Shown: in pieces, positions 41,479 through 55,482 of the stretch | Layout: every line of letters begins with the position of its first letter | Numbering within the stretch: position 1 is the first letter of the stretch | Assembly: GCA_964199315.1 (NCBI GenBank) | Contig: OZ116707.1 | Coordinates: 17,360,001 to 17,424,000, forward strand | DNA length: 64,000 nucleotides | Source: Orbicella franksi | Lineage: Eukaryota | Direction: 5' to 3' | Made by a program: the position numbers and the translations under genes | Notes under the pieces: model-generated | What the model was told of the DNA's origin: nothing | The model's database searches: none | Seen by the model: only the letters and a program-made list of their open reading frames with translations

Positions 41479-43346
41479 ATGGCTTCAGCTGTCCCCACTT
41501 CAACTTCTACAGCCATATCAACAACATCATTTTATGGGACAAGGGGTAGGGCCCAGCACGAAAGACGTCATTTTCAAGTTATTGAACCAAATTTTGATGG
41601 AAGTGACACGGAGAGTAACTTTGAGGAAGATGAACCAGCCAACATTGAAGATGCAAGTGAATATGAAGAGTCCAGCTATGACTCAAATGAAAGTGATACT
41701 GACCTGAATGGTGACAATGATGAAACTGCTGATGATAATAGCATGCCTACAGGAAAATCTGCTAGTAATGCAGTACATAGTCAAAATATGCGATGGCGCA
41801 AGCGGCAGCCTGTTCATTATGATGTAGCATTTAAAGGTGAGCCTTTCCCTCCACCACCATTAGAAGAGTACACACCTTTACAGTATTTCAAGCAGTTTTT
41901 TGACAATGCCCTGATAGATCACCTTGTCGAACAGACAAACTTGTACTCTATGCAGTCAACAGGGAACTCAATTGCTGTGGATCATGATGAAATGGAGATG
42001 TACTTGGGATTATTGGTTATGATGTCAATCATCAAGTTACCACAGATTCGTATGTATTGGTCCAAGGAAACTAGAATTCCTTCAGTGGCAGATGTCATGC
42101 TAGTAAACCGTTTTGAGAAAATAAAGCAGTTTTTTCATGTAACGATAACACCAAAAACTTGCCAAGTACAGACAAGGACTATGACAAACTTTTCAAAGTT
42201 AGACCTGTAATTGAGTCACTAAAGGAAAAGTGCAGGCAGATTTCCCAAGAAGAATGCCATTCTGTTGATGAACAGATTATACCAACTAAGAGCCGCACAA
42301 GCTTGCAACAGTACCTTCCTAATAAACCCAACAAGTGGGGTATAAAGGTTTGGGCAAGATGTGGAGTAAGTGGAATGCTTTATGATTTTGAGGTTTACAC
42401 AGGTAAATCCAACAAAACAAAGACCAAACCAGAATTACTCATGGGTGGCAATGTTGTTTATCGTTTTACAAGAACCCTGCCTAGAAATGTAAATTATAAA
42501 GTGTTTTTTGACAATTTCTTCTCCTCAATACCCCTGATGTGTTGTCTCAAGAATGATGGTTTTTGGGCAGTTGCCACCATTCGGAACGATCGGCTAAAGG
42601 GGGCTCAGAATCATTTGCAAAGTGAGAAGGAGTTGAAGAAGAGTGGCAGAGGCTCCTTTGACTATGTTGTTGAGGCCAACTCTGGTACGACAGTAGTACG
42701 CTGGTTTGATAATGGCCTTGTCCAAATGCTTTCTAACTATGTAGGAAATGATCTATCTTTGCCGGCCCGTCGTTGGTCTAAAAAGGAGGGGAGGTTTATT
42801 AACATTGACAGACCGGCCATGGTTGTGGAATATAATAGCTACATGGGAGGCGTTGATTTGTGTGACATGCTTATATCTGCGTACCGCATCCGCCACCGCT
42901 CTACAAAGTACTACATGCACATTGTGTTTTATTGCATTGGAGTGGCTGTAGTCAATGGCTGGCTGTTATATAGGAGGCACATGGGCCAGAAAGATGTACC
43001 AGCAAAACGTCATTTATCTCTGCTGAAGTTCCAGGCCAGCATAGCTGTCAGCCTTACTAAAGCTGGAAAAGTTTGTGGGGAAGCTTCGAGACCAAGAAGA
43101 CGACCATCTACCAGTCCAACAAGTGCTAATGCTGTACCTTCCAAAAAACGAAAGGCGGCATCAGTACCCAATCCTACGCAAGATGTTCAATTTGATCAAG
43201 TTGGACATTTTCCAGAGTTTCAAGAGAAATAACAGCGTTGTCGTCAGTGCAAAAGTGGATACTCACACATAAGATGTCAAAAGTGTGGAGTGCATCTTTG
43301 CTTGGTTAAAGCAAGAAACTGTTTCAATGCCTTTCATGGACTGTAA
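41479..43346 (+). pseudogene. piggyBac transposase with C-terminal cysteine-rich domain; frameshift near 42150 and stop at 43230
   Basis: SVDEQIIP, YLPNKPNKWGIK, FFDNFFSS and MGGVDLCD motifs. After the TAA the frame continues QRCRQC...RCQKCGVHLC...NCFNAFH. Confidence 0.9.
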
Positions 43347-44055
43347 AAAACTCTTTTTATTCTATTTCAGTTATTCGAACTTACATGCATGTTGTTGTTG
43401 TTCTCATTAAATCATTATAGTGTTAGCATTGAAAAAGTGCAAGCCATTATCTTTTCTCAAAAGTTAAAACCGTTCTATTCATACCAGGTACAAGGAAAGT
43501 TGATGTTTATTAAGGACTGAGTATTTCAAAAGGTGAACTATGTAAATCTGTTTGGTTAGGAAATCAAATTGCCTGATGCAAAGATCATATTGTACAATCA
43601 AATTCTATGATTTGTTTACTGATTTTTAACAATGGACTTCAAAATAAGATAGAATTTCACTATTTTATAATAGCTAAAGCAATATTAATAACAACTCTGA
43701 AGCTGCCAAGTCAGCATTTTAGAGAAATCATTCTATCGTCAGGTTGTATGCCATGGTTTTTACCACCATTTTTAAGTGTAATTAAAAGTAGAGTAAAAAT
43801 ACTTGATGCTTGTTTACACAATTTTTGCATGTTGTTGTTTTGTCATTGTGTTGCCATGACAACACGATACTGTCACTTAATTTTTAAAATTGTCATCAGC
43901 ATCTTTAAACTGTCTCAGTTTACAAGAAAAAAATTTTTTTCACTGCACCTGAAAATTCATGCGTGAAAGGGTCAAGGAAACTGGTTGATAATATCGGAAA
44001 CGGTTGATGACCACAAGCAAGAAGGCGAAAGACTTAACTGTATCGCAGTGCAGTC

Positions 44056-44285
44056 CAGTACGGTAAATGTTACACGGTAAATGTTTTGTTTTCATTACAC
44101 GCACTCTTAATATTTCGTTCTCAGTTCCAGTTGAACGACTGCGTGTAATTTTACACGCAATATTGCGTCTACTGCGTGAAATTACATGCGTGCAATTACA
44201 CGCATTTTCGTGCATTTGCGTGTAATGTGCGTGTAGTAATGCACTTTATGTGCATGTAATGCTGCAGTCCATTTGACCGGTACTG
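44056..44285. mobile_element. Possible ~230-bp MITE with palindromic interior
   Basis: CAGTACGGTAAATG versus CATTTGACCGGTACTG are imperfect inverted ends. The interior contains GCGTGTAATTTTACACGC. No clear TSD. Confidence 0.35.
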
Positions 44286-46563
44286 TATACACCAGCAATT
44301 ACTCCTTCAACTTCCGGTAAGTAGAGTTACTACAATGTTAGCCGACTACATTTCGTAATTCAACACATCCTTTCCGGTAAGTCGAGTCGACTACAAAGTT
44401 ACACGACTCGACTCACTTTGGGTGTATTGGACAACCCTCAATGGAAAAGCTTTCATTTATCTCGGCAGAGAAAAACTAAAACAGCATAAAGCATACGAAA
44501 AAGTATTGTGTGTGGAGAAATCAGCGGTCAAAGAAAGGATGCCAGCTGGTAAGAGCCAACCTTTTCAATGATACATTTTACTTATTCATTTATTTTTTCA
44601 AATTCTCGACACCGTGTTTAATCGTTTACAATAATAAGATTTTTTGCTTTTTAAACTGTTTTTCAGTTTTACTTCGAACCGGCAGCTAACTGGTCCCATT
44701 CAGAGTGCCATCTGAAACTTACAAATTTCAACAAATATCAAAGTGATGGGAAATTTCAGGATATAAAGGAGACAACACAACAAATGGGTATCTGAATTCG
44801 ATAAGGAAATTAACAACCTCTACTTGGACCGTACTTACTTGGGTGAAAGTTCTACTCGCCAACTGAAAGACTCCGTGGCTTCTACTTCAACAATAGCAAA
44901 TGAAGTGCGTCAAGATATTGCATGTGGCGGAGATGAGGATGATAAAAAAGATGGCAATTCATTGTTCAAAAGTCTGCCAAGCCGAGATTCGAATCTAGAA
45001 AACGACGTTGTGGTGGAAGTCGTTAGCGTAGAAGATGAAATTTCCTTTTCGGGTATGCAATAGTGCTGTATCATAAGCAACGATAAGAGTTTCTTTCAAG
45101 GTTGCTCGATCTTGTAATTTTTCTTACGTCAACAATCCTTAGTTGAAAGTTCCATAAAGCATGTAGATTTTATTTCTGCTACATTTAGAGGAGTTTGACG
45201 GTTAACCTGGCTTCTGGCAGCCAAGCTGATCGTCGAGTTAGAGTAGAACTGATAAAACAGGAGTACAAAACGTGGTTAACGGGTTATTCTCAATTAAACT
45301 GCGTAGCCGAGTCTGTTCTCGGCACGCTGTAATTTTTTAAAAGGTAGATTTAACGTGGAGGAACAGACAACCAGAAATAACCACAAATTTGTAAAGCTAT
45401 TTACCTTGACTCTATTGGCGGGATTACAGTCATATTTTTGTCACTTTTGGTGAAATTTGTAAGAATTTTAATTTTAATTTCAAAACATTCTTAAAACTAT
45501 ATAGTACTTCCCCTGGTGTTTTTTCTTTCGTCTTTACTTTTTCTGGTGAAGAGAAGCAGTTCTTTACAACACACTCTTAAATGTTGATCCGTTGCCATGG
45601 GAACCAATTTAAAAACAAGAGCTTTCAGGCGGCATTTGGCCGATAAAAATTTGTTGAATCCTCCCAATTCCAAGTCATCCAAAAGTCCAATCCAATAAAC
45701 ATTTCTTTGATAATAATATCATATACACAACTCATCTGCTTTATGAGATGACAAATATTGAGCCTTTCAATGTCGTCAGGGATGCAGGACTTAAGAATGC
45801 CAACTTCTCAGTATGGACAGGTCTAAGGCAATCAGCTCCACTGAAACTGCGTGGTCATGAGCCCAACTTCGAGAATATCCTTGATTTAGAAAAATTTAAG
45901 TGCGAGATTATTATCATCTTCTTATAAAACAAAAATACGAAAAACCAAATAAATAGGCCAAGTTGAGAGAAGAATTGAATCTAGAGGATAAGCAACTTTC
46001 GGAGGCATTCGTGATGCCACTGAGAGTTGCAAATGAATCTTATGTACGTTCTTTTCAGTATAAAGTACTTAATTCTATTCTATATACAAATGAATTACTT
46101 TGTAAGATAGGCTATATTTCTGACCCGAACTGTTCCTTCTGTCATCAGACTACTGAGACCATACCAGGAGCCCATTACCCGGAGCGTGCAACTTCCCTAT
46201 ATTCATGCAACGGCGTTTTCACAAGTAGTTTTATTTTTACATACGCCTTCCCCGCAAAAATTACTGTTTCCGGTTACGTCTGCACCGAAAGACATCTGAT
46301 AAAAAAATGGCGGCCAAGCTACGATTTTTTTTGGTACTCTATTCCGTTCTCCGCTCTTCGTTTTCCATCATTCCAATCCATCTCTTCCATCAGATGGCCT
46401 TCCCACAATACCATGCGTTTTTATTTGCACTTTCCACATGTGAAGTTGCGGCATACCTTTGCATAAGCTTATCTCTGAGTGCGAGTTTACTTGAGTCTAC
46501 CTTTGATATATTGCTGACGGTTTTCACAATGGTCAAATAGACCTTAAATAGTATCGCAAAACA

Positions 46564-49500
46564 ATGAAGAGGTCCGATCAGCATATAGAAACTTCTATTA
46601 ACACAAAGGAACTCCGTTTAGAAGTTGAAGAGTCAGTTACGTGTTCGTCTTCGGCGGCCCAGGAAGGTCCGGAAGGTCACAACAATTCTTCAGTTGACAA
46701 AAGCACTCCAGTAAAGAAAGCCTTACGACGAAGTCTAGAGCTCAGACAAGAACTCAAATTACTGCAGTTAGCATCAAAGGAATCTTCACTGAAGAAAATT
46801 ACGGAAGACGATGAACGGCTGCGGGAATGGAGTCAAGTTGTAACCAGTGCGGGTTATTTTTGCGAGGTGCGATCTCTCGTGTCAGATTTGTCGCGCTTCT
46901 CTGAAGCTCTTGTGGAACAAGAACCCGCGACACATGAACCAAGGTTGGCCCTTTTTATTTACCACTCGAAGCGCCTAATGTTTGATTCTAGTACTGGTCC
47001 TTTTCAGGCTGTCTGCCTCATAATTTTTCCGGACGGCGAGTGGCGACTGGATAGTCCGATTTACGAACACCGTGTAATCACAAGCGGAACATTCAGATTG
47101 CCAGAATCAAAAGTCGTTCTGAAAGAGGTAATGGAGCTAGCGAAGAATCATTTACTGAGAAACATGTACTTTACCTGGGTTTGTTAGGGGTAGGAGATCT
47201 ACAGAATGAGCTGGGTTATATTCCCCAAACTGTGAGGCCAATCAATGGGCCAATAACTATGGTTCATTCTAAAAGATGCAAAACCTGGCACATTCCTGCA
47301 AGAAATTTTAAATCCAAAGCCGATGAGTCGGACCCCAGACATCAGAGAGTGTGTGGTGAATGTCTTATTTCCAACCGATATGTGAGTAAGGCAGTCCAAA
47401 AGAAACGCGAAATGGAATCGTCCAAAAGGCACGAAAGGCAGCAGCCTTCAAGCAATTATCCCATGAAGTATCTTTCACCTAAGAGCAAAACTGCACGCTA
47501 CGCCAATTCCAGACTACAGTGACACTGCTTGGAAAAACACGTCAAAAAACGGTACAAATGTACCAAGGTTGAGGTCCCTCAGGAGCAGTCGGCAGAACTT
47601 TGCCAGCTGATAGAAAGCATCGAGACTTCAGATTTGGGGAAGAAGGAACTAACAAAAATCTCCAATGAAGGTAACCAGTACATAAGTGACAAAGGGCAAA
47701 AAGCAGGAGACTGTCTTAAAGAAGTTTGGAGAAAGGACAGGGAAAGCTTCTTTAAAGATCAGCGGAGCAATGGTATGTTTACGATTTTTGTGGTGTTATT
47801 AAAATCTTGAAGTACCTTAACAGCTGTTTTATGTTTTTAGTTGAAGGAAAGTTGACTACAATGTGCAAAATTAATAGTTGGAAATTATATTTCTACCCTC
47901 TGAAGGCACAGAAAATGAGCACATTCTTCTACACTTTTTCAGACTTTTTCCCTATGAGGTGGTTATCATCAAGTTACCTTAAAGAGGAAATACATCACTG
48001 TAGTTATAATTAGGAATGTCCAGGAACTTATCTGAATAAGTGAAATAACTCTTGACTAGTAAACTTGCTGAACACATTTAGTAATGCTCTATTATTGAGC
48101 TGCGTGATTATTATATAGAGTGATTTTCACCTAACCCGACCATAAACTCTCCCAGAAATTTGATCGCACCTTGGTTCTTGGGTGGACAACAATTATAAAC
48201 TTGCTCTGTGATTAATATCCATAATATTATATGTCAGTATCTATTGAGCTGATTCCATGTTATACATCACGCTGTTTAATTGCAGTTACTGGACAAAATG
48301 GTAATCGTTGGTCTTTGGCAACCATAAGAATTGGTAAGTATCAGAGGTGTCTATGAATACATCCAGTCTATGCTCTTAATATTCTGATTCAAACAATAAA
48401 TTGTTATAAGTATTGTTTGTGCTGTCATGACCACATGGTGACATTTTTTTTTCAGCCTGAGAAGTTAAGACTTTGTGACAGTACTAGCATTTTTCATAGG
48501 CCTTTAAAATGTCAATCTCAGTAAATTTACAAATATATTTGTGATTAAAATGCAGTATTACTAATTTTTGGATAAAAGCACTAATTGCATACTTAACCTC
48601 ATATTTACTGGTAGCACTGGCTGTTCATAATCGAAGTCCTTCAGCATATGAAGCACTGCATAATTTAAAAATTTTGCAGCTTCCACATTCGAAGACCCTA
48701 AAAAAGGTTATCAAAGGTGGCTCTGAGAAATCAGGCATAGATGAGGATTATCTTCAAGGTCAGCAGCAGACCTATGAGCAGTTGCAAAGTACACGAGAGG
48801 CAGAGGGACATCCAAGACCATTAGGATTTGGAGTCATGATGTGGGATGAAGTCAAGGTTTGAAGAACAATCAATGCCTAACTTTAATTATGCTTTTAATC
48901 CATCACACAGTCGTAGGGGTGCATGGAATAAGGACCTCAGTGAATGTTTGGTTATTGCCTGACAGTTACTAGACAAGTTCTTTTTAGACAATAACTAAAA
49001 CCAGAGCAAACTGTGAGAATTGTCAGGAGGTATTTTTATGCTGGTTACCTCAGAATTTCCCTTAAGTCACTAAGGCTTCAATTATGATGAAATGTGGGGT
49101 TCAAGAAAATATCTGTACTGAAAATTTCTGAGGAGGGGATTCCCAACAGCCAATATTTAAAAAGGAAAGAACTGTAACTTAAAAAACCAGTGTTGGAAAA
49201 GAAGCTTATCACATTTAGAAAACTTCGTTCAATTGACTTTGATAGTTTTGGTTCCGATGTCACAAATTCTAGTCTTTCGAGTCTCTTTTCCACACCGCTT
49301 CCGTGCCTTGATGACTTAATCAGTGAGTATAATGGCGTTCTTAGTTCCATACTTGATATCCATGCTCCTGTAAAAACCAAAACAATAACTCTGCATCCGG
49401 CTGCACCTTGGTATTCTGAAGAAATAAACAATTTGAAGAAAGATCGCAGGAGACTGGAGTGGCGTTGGCGAAGGACCAAACTTCCAGTCGACCGCCAGTT

Positions 49501-52500
49501 GTTTATTGATCAATGCCGTGTAGTCAACTTTTTAATTTGTTCTTCCAAGAGAACTTACTACACTAAGCTGATCAGTGATAATCAGACGGACTATAAACTT
49601 CTTTTCAAAACAATTGACAGTCTATTACATAGAAAGTGTGATATACCATATCCGCCCTGCATCTCGCCTTCGGATCTCGCAAATAAGTTCGTCGAGTTCT
49701 TTTCTGATAAGATCACCAAAATACGGGTCGACTTAGACAATGCAGCTCTCATCATCCATCAAGTTCCTGAAGTTAACCGGGTCTGTCCTTATACGTTTGA
49801 TGAGTTCAGTTTGGTAGATGTTGACGAAGTCCGCAAATGTGTTGTGAAATTATCTTCCAAGTCATGTGATCTTGATCCTCTTCCTGGCTATGTCACAAGA
49901 AATGCTTTGAGCACACTGCTTCCATTTATCACCAAGATTATAAATACTTTGTTGCAATCTGGCCAAATACCCTCTCAATTAAAAGTTGCTAAGCTACGTC
50001 CTCTTCTTAAGAAGCCTTCTCTGGATCACACGTAGTTTTCAAATTATCGCCCTGTTTCGAATCTTACTTTTGTCAGCAAAGCAATTGAGAAGTTGGTTGC
50101 TAACCAACTGATCTCCTATGTTAACAACAACAACCTGAATGAGCCATTACAGTCTGCCTACAAACAGTATCATAGCACAGAAACGGTTCTCATTCGCGTG
50201 CATAATGACATCCTCACAGCAATTGATAAACGTAGAACGGTAATTTTATTACTTTTGGACCTCTCTGCTGCTTTCGATACTGTTGACCATGATATTCTCC
50301 TCTTCCGTCTACAACAGCGCTTTGGAGTTACTGGCAAGCCGTTACTATGGTTTAAATCTTATCTGTCCAATCGCATGCAGTATGTCTCTGTTGATGGTGC
50401 AGCTTCCTCAGATCATGCTCTTCAATGTGGTGTTCCACAAGGATCAGTGTTGGGACCCATTTTGTACGTTCTTTACACTTCACCCCTTTCAGACATTGTA
50501 AAAAAATTCAACTTGAGTTATCATTTTTATGCTGACGATTCACAACTTTATCTGTCCTTTCAGCCAACTATACCCAGTGATAAGGATTTAGCTGTGTCCA
50601 ACATCGAGCGCTGTGTACGTGAGATTGATCACTGGATGTTGATTAATCGTCTTAAACTTAACAAGGATAAGACTGAACTTCTAGTGATCTCCGCAAAACA
50701 TCTACCAAGACCAACCCTTCAAGAAATCTCTGTCGTCGATGAAACCATCTGCTCGTCACAGAAAGCAAGAAACATCGGTGTCATTTTTGACCATCATTTT
50801 CGTTTTAATGAACATATTGCAAGTATTTGCAAATCATCTTTTTATCATCTCCGTAATATCAGCAATATAAGGAAGTACCTGTCATCAACCACCACTGAAA
50901 TACTTGTTCATGCGTTTGTTTCTTCAAAATTGGATAACTGTAATTCTCTACTCTATGGCTTACCAAACTGTCTTTTAAAAAAGTTACAGCACGTCCAGAA
51001 TGCCGCTGCTCGTCTCATCACCCTCTCTAGAAAATATGAACACATCACACCTATTTTGTTTAATCTCCACTGGCTTCCTGTTAACTATTGTATCATCTTT
51101 AAAATTCTACTCATCCCGTACAAGGCCCTAAACGATCTGGCACCTTCATACGTTCGTGATCTTCTCACTCCTTACACTCCGTCTCGTCAGCTACGTTCAT
51201 CTTCTAAAGAACTTCTTTCCATTCCGCACTTCAATTTGAAAACATATGGCGCAAGATCTTTCTCTGTAGCAGCTCCTACACTCTGGAACACTCTTCCGTC
51301 TGACATCAAGAACAGCTCCTCAGTGTCCCTTTTTAAACATAAACTAAAAACGTTCCTTTTTAAGAAAGCATTTTTATAACTTTTTAGCGACATTTTTTTA
51401 TTTTTACTTTATTTGTCTTAAGTGTTTTTAATATTTCTAACTGTAAAGCGCTTTTGAACTCTTAGGATATTGGCGCTATATAAATATTTTATTATTATTA
51501 TTATTATTAACTGAATCTTAATAGGAATAATCATACATCGTGCAGTTCCTGTGGCGGGACTTGACTTCTGGTTTCCTAATTTTAATAGGAATATGTTTTG
51601 TCAAACAGGCTGAGGTAATTATATATGATTTGGAACAGTTGACATGATAAATACAGATTGCAGTTTTGTAATAGTTTGGATAATTTTTTTGGAACTGTTG
51701 TCATTCATGTTCATTTAGTTGGGATTTTTTTATAATTATTGCTATATTTCTAAGACTGCAATCTTTCTTTGAAGATTCAAATGAAAGTGGCCTGGAACCT
51801 AAAAGGAGCTGGGATAACAGGGTACAGTGTCTCAGAGGATGAGCTGAAGGTACTGCATGATGTCTATAGTACTACAGTACAGCCTGGTTCCCAGAAGGCA
51901 TCACACATCGTGCAGTTCCTGTGGCGGGACTTGACTTCTGGTTTTGATTTGATTGGGCCATACTTCCCTGTTGAAAGCTCAATGACATCAACTGTCTTAC
52001 AGGAGCTTATTATGTTATGCCTCAAGGCACTTACCAGTTATGGCTTTAAGGTCTCTATTCTCTTATGTGATGGAGCATCCTCAAATTTAACGGTGTTGAG
52101 CTTCTCTCTGGCAATCCCAAGGCACAGTTTCCTATAAATGCTGATGCTGAAACTTTAAGGGAGTGGTACAATGTGGAGGCCTCATTCATCAATCCAGAAG
52201 ATCCACATGGAAACCCAATTTTCCTTATGATATGTCCAAGCCACCAGGTATTGGAAGACGTTATTAATTTAGCTACCTTAACTTAATATTTGATATTATT
52301 GTATTGGTCGTGTAAGGGGAAATGAAATGCCATTAATTCTTGGGAGTCACTGAGTAAAACTACATAATTGAATGCCACATCAGAGTTCTGATTTTTGCTG
52401 TAACTTTAACATCACTTTCAAAAGGTTACTGAAATTAAATTAACAGACTGTCGTTACAAAAGTTTTATTTTCTCTGTAATGTGAACTGTTATGATGTTCC

Positions 52501-54155
52501 TAATGTTGATATTTATCATTCAGCAGAATTATATCTCAATAAAATACAGCTTAAATTTTTCCATTCCAATTTAAAGTAGTAATATAGTTTAAATTGGACA
52601 TGTTTGCATATTGCTTTCTGTTCTTAACATCTGCAGCTGAAGAACATTATAGCTGCTCTTTACAGCTCAAGGCCACAAGGTGCAAAAGACTTTATGTGGA
52701 ACAACCACCAGTTTGGTTGGCAAACAATTCAAAAGGTGTTTGCAGAAGATCTTGAACGAGCAGAAAATGGTTTGAGCCGTAAGGTCCCAGGATTAAAGTA
52801 TGCACATGTCTACAGAAATAACTGGACCCGTTTAAATGTAAGACCAGCAAAGATAATGCAGGCATGTAAAGGCTGATGTGGTTTCCTCGACTCTTAATAT
52901 TATAAAAACAGTGTCATGTGTAAATAGTGATCAAAGTGGCAAAACAATTTCAATGATTGTTAATAAATGGAATACACAGGCTCCTTTCCACTGCTTAAGT
53001 GTCAGAGTTGCGAATCCCATTATGTAGACTTTCATTGTTAAAAATTTTACACTTTGAACTACTTGATGTCATAGATTGACCAATCTCCAAATATTACCCC
53101 ATACCCATTTTAAAAACCCACTGTGTAACATTTTACTGACTTCACTTGACAAAAATGCTCTACATTTGTTTGATATCATCTGCTCAAACAAGTTAAGATG
53201 CAATGAAGTAAATGGATTGTATGTCACATCACACTACAATATTATGATTTTTCACTCTCTTTCAGCAATGGTTCATGATTGCAGCTGTGCAGGACCTTGC
53301 CTCTAGTGGATCTGATGAAGGAAGCGCAAATACTGGGGAGTACTTAGAGGCCTGCAACCTTTTATTTGAGCAAGGAATGCTCAGCCACCACAGAATCAAC
53401 AACAGTAATAGCCCTGTTTTGACCAACATAAGAAAGGGGATGACCTTTTTTGAACAGTGGGGTGCTGATCATGAGGAAACAGGTAATTTCATTATTAAAG
53501 CACATTGAGGACAGTTTAAATGGCTGTGACAGATCACTCTAATTAGTCACTACTATTCATTTAATTTCAGTTTATCAAGAAAACTCAAAAAGAGCTAGAC
53601 AGAAAAAGTTCTTGGCTTGGCAGGTATGATTAATTAAACGGTTACATGACAAACACTTTTCAGGGTTTAATGAGTTTTCTGATTGGCTGTATCAGTGATA
53701 ATTGTGGGGACTTCTGTTTGTGAAGTCATAAACATATCATTTTCAAGCACCAAATCACTTTAAACCTTTGCTATGCCTGTTAACATACAACTTGTGTTAT
53801 ATACTAAAAATAATTATTATTGCTTTTATTATCATTTGTTCTGTAGACTTGGGATCTTCTCTGTCTAGTTGTACATGGCTTTTTGTCCTTCTGTGATTGG
53901 TTCTTTGAAAAAGTGTCACCAGATGGAAAATATTTCATCAGTCCTCTACGAATAAATGGCAGTGCCATTGAATCCCTTTACAGTATCCTAAGGTTTGCTA
54001 GTGGAGGGAATTTGTCTGCACTCTCCTATGGTCCTGCACTGGGGAAACTAATAAATAGGAAAGATACGGTACGAAACAAATACTCAGAAAAGGGGTATAG
54101 AGATGTTCTTTTGAATATCAGTGGTGAAGATGGTGCTAATGGTCTGGCTCCATAA
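46564..54155 (+). pseudogene. P-element (THAP9-like) transposase, ~8 exons, frameshifted
   Basis: Exon peptides: LAVHNRSPSAYEAL..LKILQLP, MMWDEVK|[28 protein letters not shown]|[28 protein letters not shown]|TWDLL and RINGSAIESLYSILR. All have splice-site-like boundaries. No THAP domain seen. Confidence 0.85.
49150..51509 (+). mobile_element. 5'-truncated CR1/L2-group LINE inside a P-element intron; RT ORF has one in-frame TAG at 50033
   Basis: [38 protein letters not shown], and KLDNCNSLL...VQNAAARL. 3' UTR ends in an (ATT)n tail. Confidence 0.92.
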
Positions 54156-54800
54156 TCAACTTATCAGTGCCATGCCAAAAATTGTCAAGTTCCCATTGTA
54201 TTTTTTCTTTTCTGACTGGTATATCTCAGTCAACAGTAGGGGATAGGCAGGGAAGTAATGCTTGCACAATCATCGCTGTCAAGTTTGGTGACTATTGTCA
54301 TCAACAAAAGCTTGACATTTCATTGCTTTGGAATCAGCTCCCAAATGTTTGGGCAGATTCATTTGTTAATGCCATTTGTGATGGTAATGCAGTTTATGAT
54401 GAATTGTATAGTGATCAACACAGCTGTGTATCTAGATGTAGAGGATGTTGTCAATGCAGTAGGTAATGACTTTCATGTACAGTCAGCAAATCAGATGGTT
54501 GGATTCACTAGTGCTAGTGATTACAGTGATTTAGTGGACCACATCATTGGAGAAGTTCATTCCTCAACTGTAGACCATTATGGTGTAATTATAGGTTGTC
54601 ACAAATCTGTAGGGTTTCTAGTCAAGAGCAATGACCTGTGTGCCATTATAGACAGGCATCAGCATGCCATGACAAACAATGATGGGGTAATAATCATGGC
54701 AGACAATCCCAAGAAGGCTATTCTTGAGTATGCAAAGGACCTTAGCAACCAGGGTTATACTCTAAATCAGGGAACATTAACTTGGGTGAAATATGCTTAA
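54140..54800 (+). pseudogene. Putative cysteine-protease domain (herpes tegument USP-like pattern), frameshift near 54418
   Basis: GISQSTVGDRQGSNACTIIA (Gln, Cys), ICDGNAVYD, LDVEDV, CAIIDRH (D-x-H). Confidence 0.55.
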
Positions 54801-55482
54801 TTAACAGTGCTTGGAATTAAAATTCAATAGCAGGCTTCAAATAATTGTTTATGTTATTATGAACCAGAATCACAATTATTTTATTTACTTTTATATATTT
54901 ATTTCGGAACAATGATAATTATTGTAATAATTAATTAAAGTAATAGCTAATGAAAAATCATGAGGTTTATGTATAAAACTCATATATTGTTTAATGCTGT
55001 ATGTAAGCTACCTTAATTGACAAAATAATACCCTGTAAGTGAATATTGAGTCCCAAATAATAATAATCTCAAATAGAAAAAGAACATTATAACATACATT
55101 TTACATTTTGGACCGTAGTTCAGCAAAAAGGAATCTTTTATTGTGAATCAAAATATTGCTCGAGACAACACACTGTAGTAAATGTCTGTTTTGAAGTTGT
55201 ATTTTTATAGTCATATAAGTTAACCTTATGGTTTTAAATAATATGTACAATAAAAAAGTTGTTTCATTAGTAAGGAACTTTAACTTTGACATATAATAAT
55301 ATTGACAAATATAGTTCAACCAAAAATGCCTTCATTGAGAACTTTCACTCCAAAGAAATTATAATGAAAACAATTGAAGGACAATCTCCGTGTGTTTTGC
55401 AGTTACACGTTAATATAGCTCCAAGAAAGTAATGCCAATGTAGCTTACAATTTCTAATTACAGTACACGACTAGTTGGGCAT

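Larger units (their letters stand above)
11203..43971 (+). mobile_element. piggyBac-family DNA transposon, split by the Polinton insertion (own sequence 11203-11815 and 41334-43971)
   Basis: Ends CCCTTTCATGCAT (11203) and ATGCGTGAAAGGG (43971). Flanks CTAA and TCAA are each one base from TTAA. A donor GTATGT (~11408) and an acceptor (~41461) indicate a 5' UTR intron holding the Polinton. Confidence 0.7.

Noticed and set aside
7058-44439. GAGGGTTG (7058) and CAACCCTC (44432) as TIRs of a 37-kb Sola-like element
   Set aside because: Only 8 bp match, the left copy is part of the L1 coding sequence (PLRVA, also seen near 46020), and there is no TSD.
44824-45063. Possible host exon near 44820-45100
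   Set aside because: A GTAAGT donor exists on the minus strand, but no coherent ORF or recognisable domain was found on either strand.
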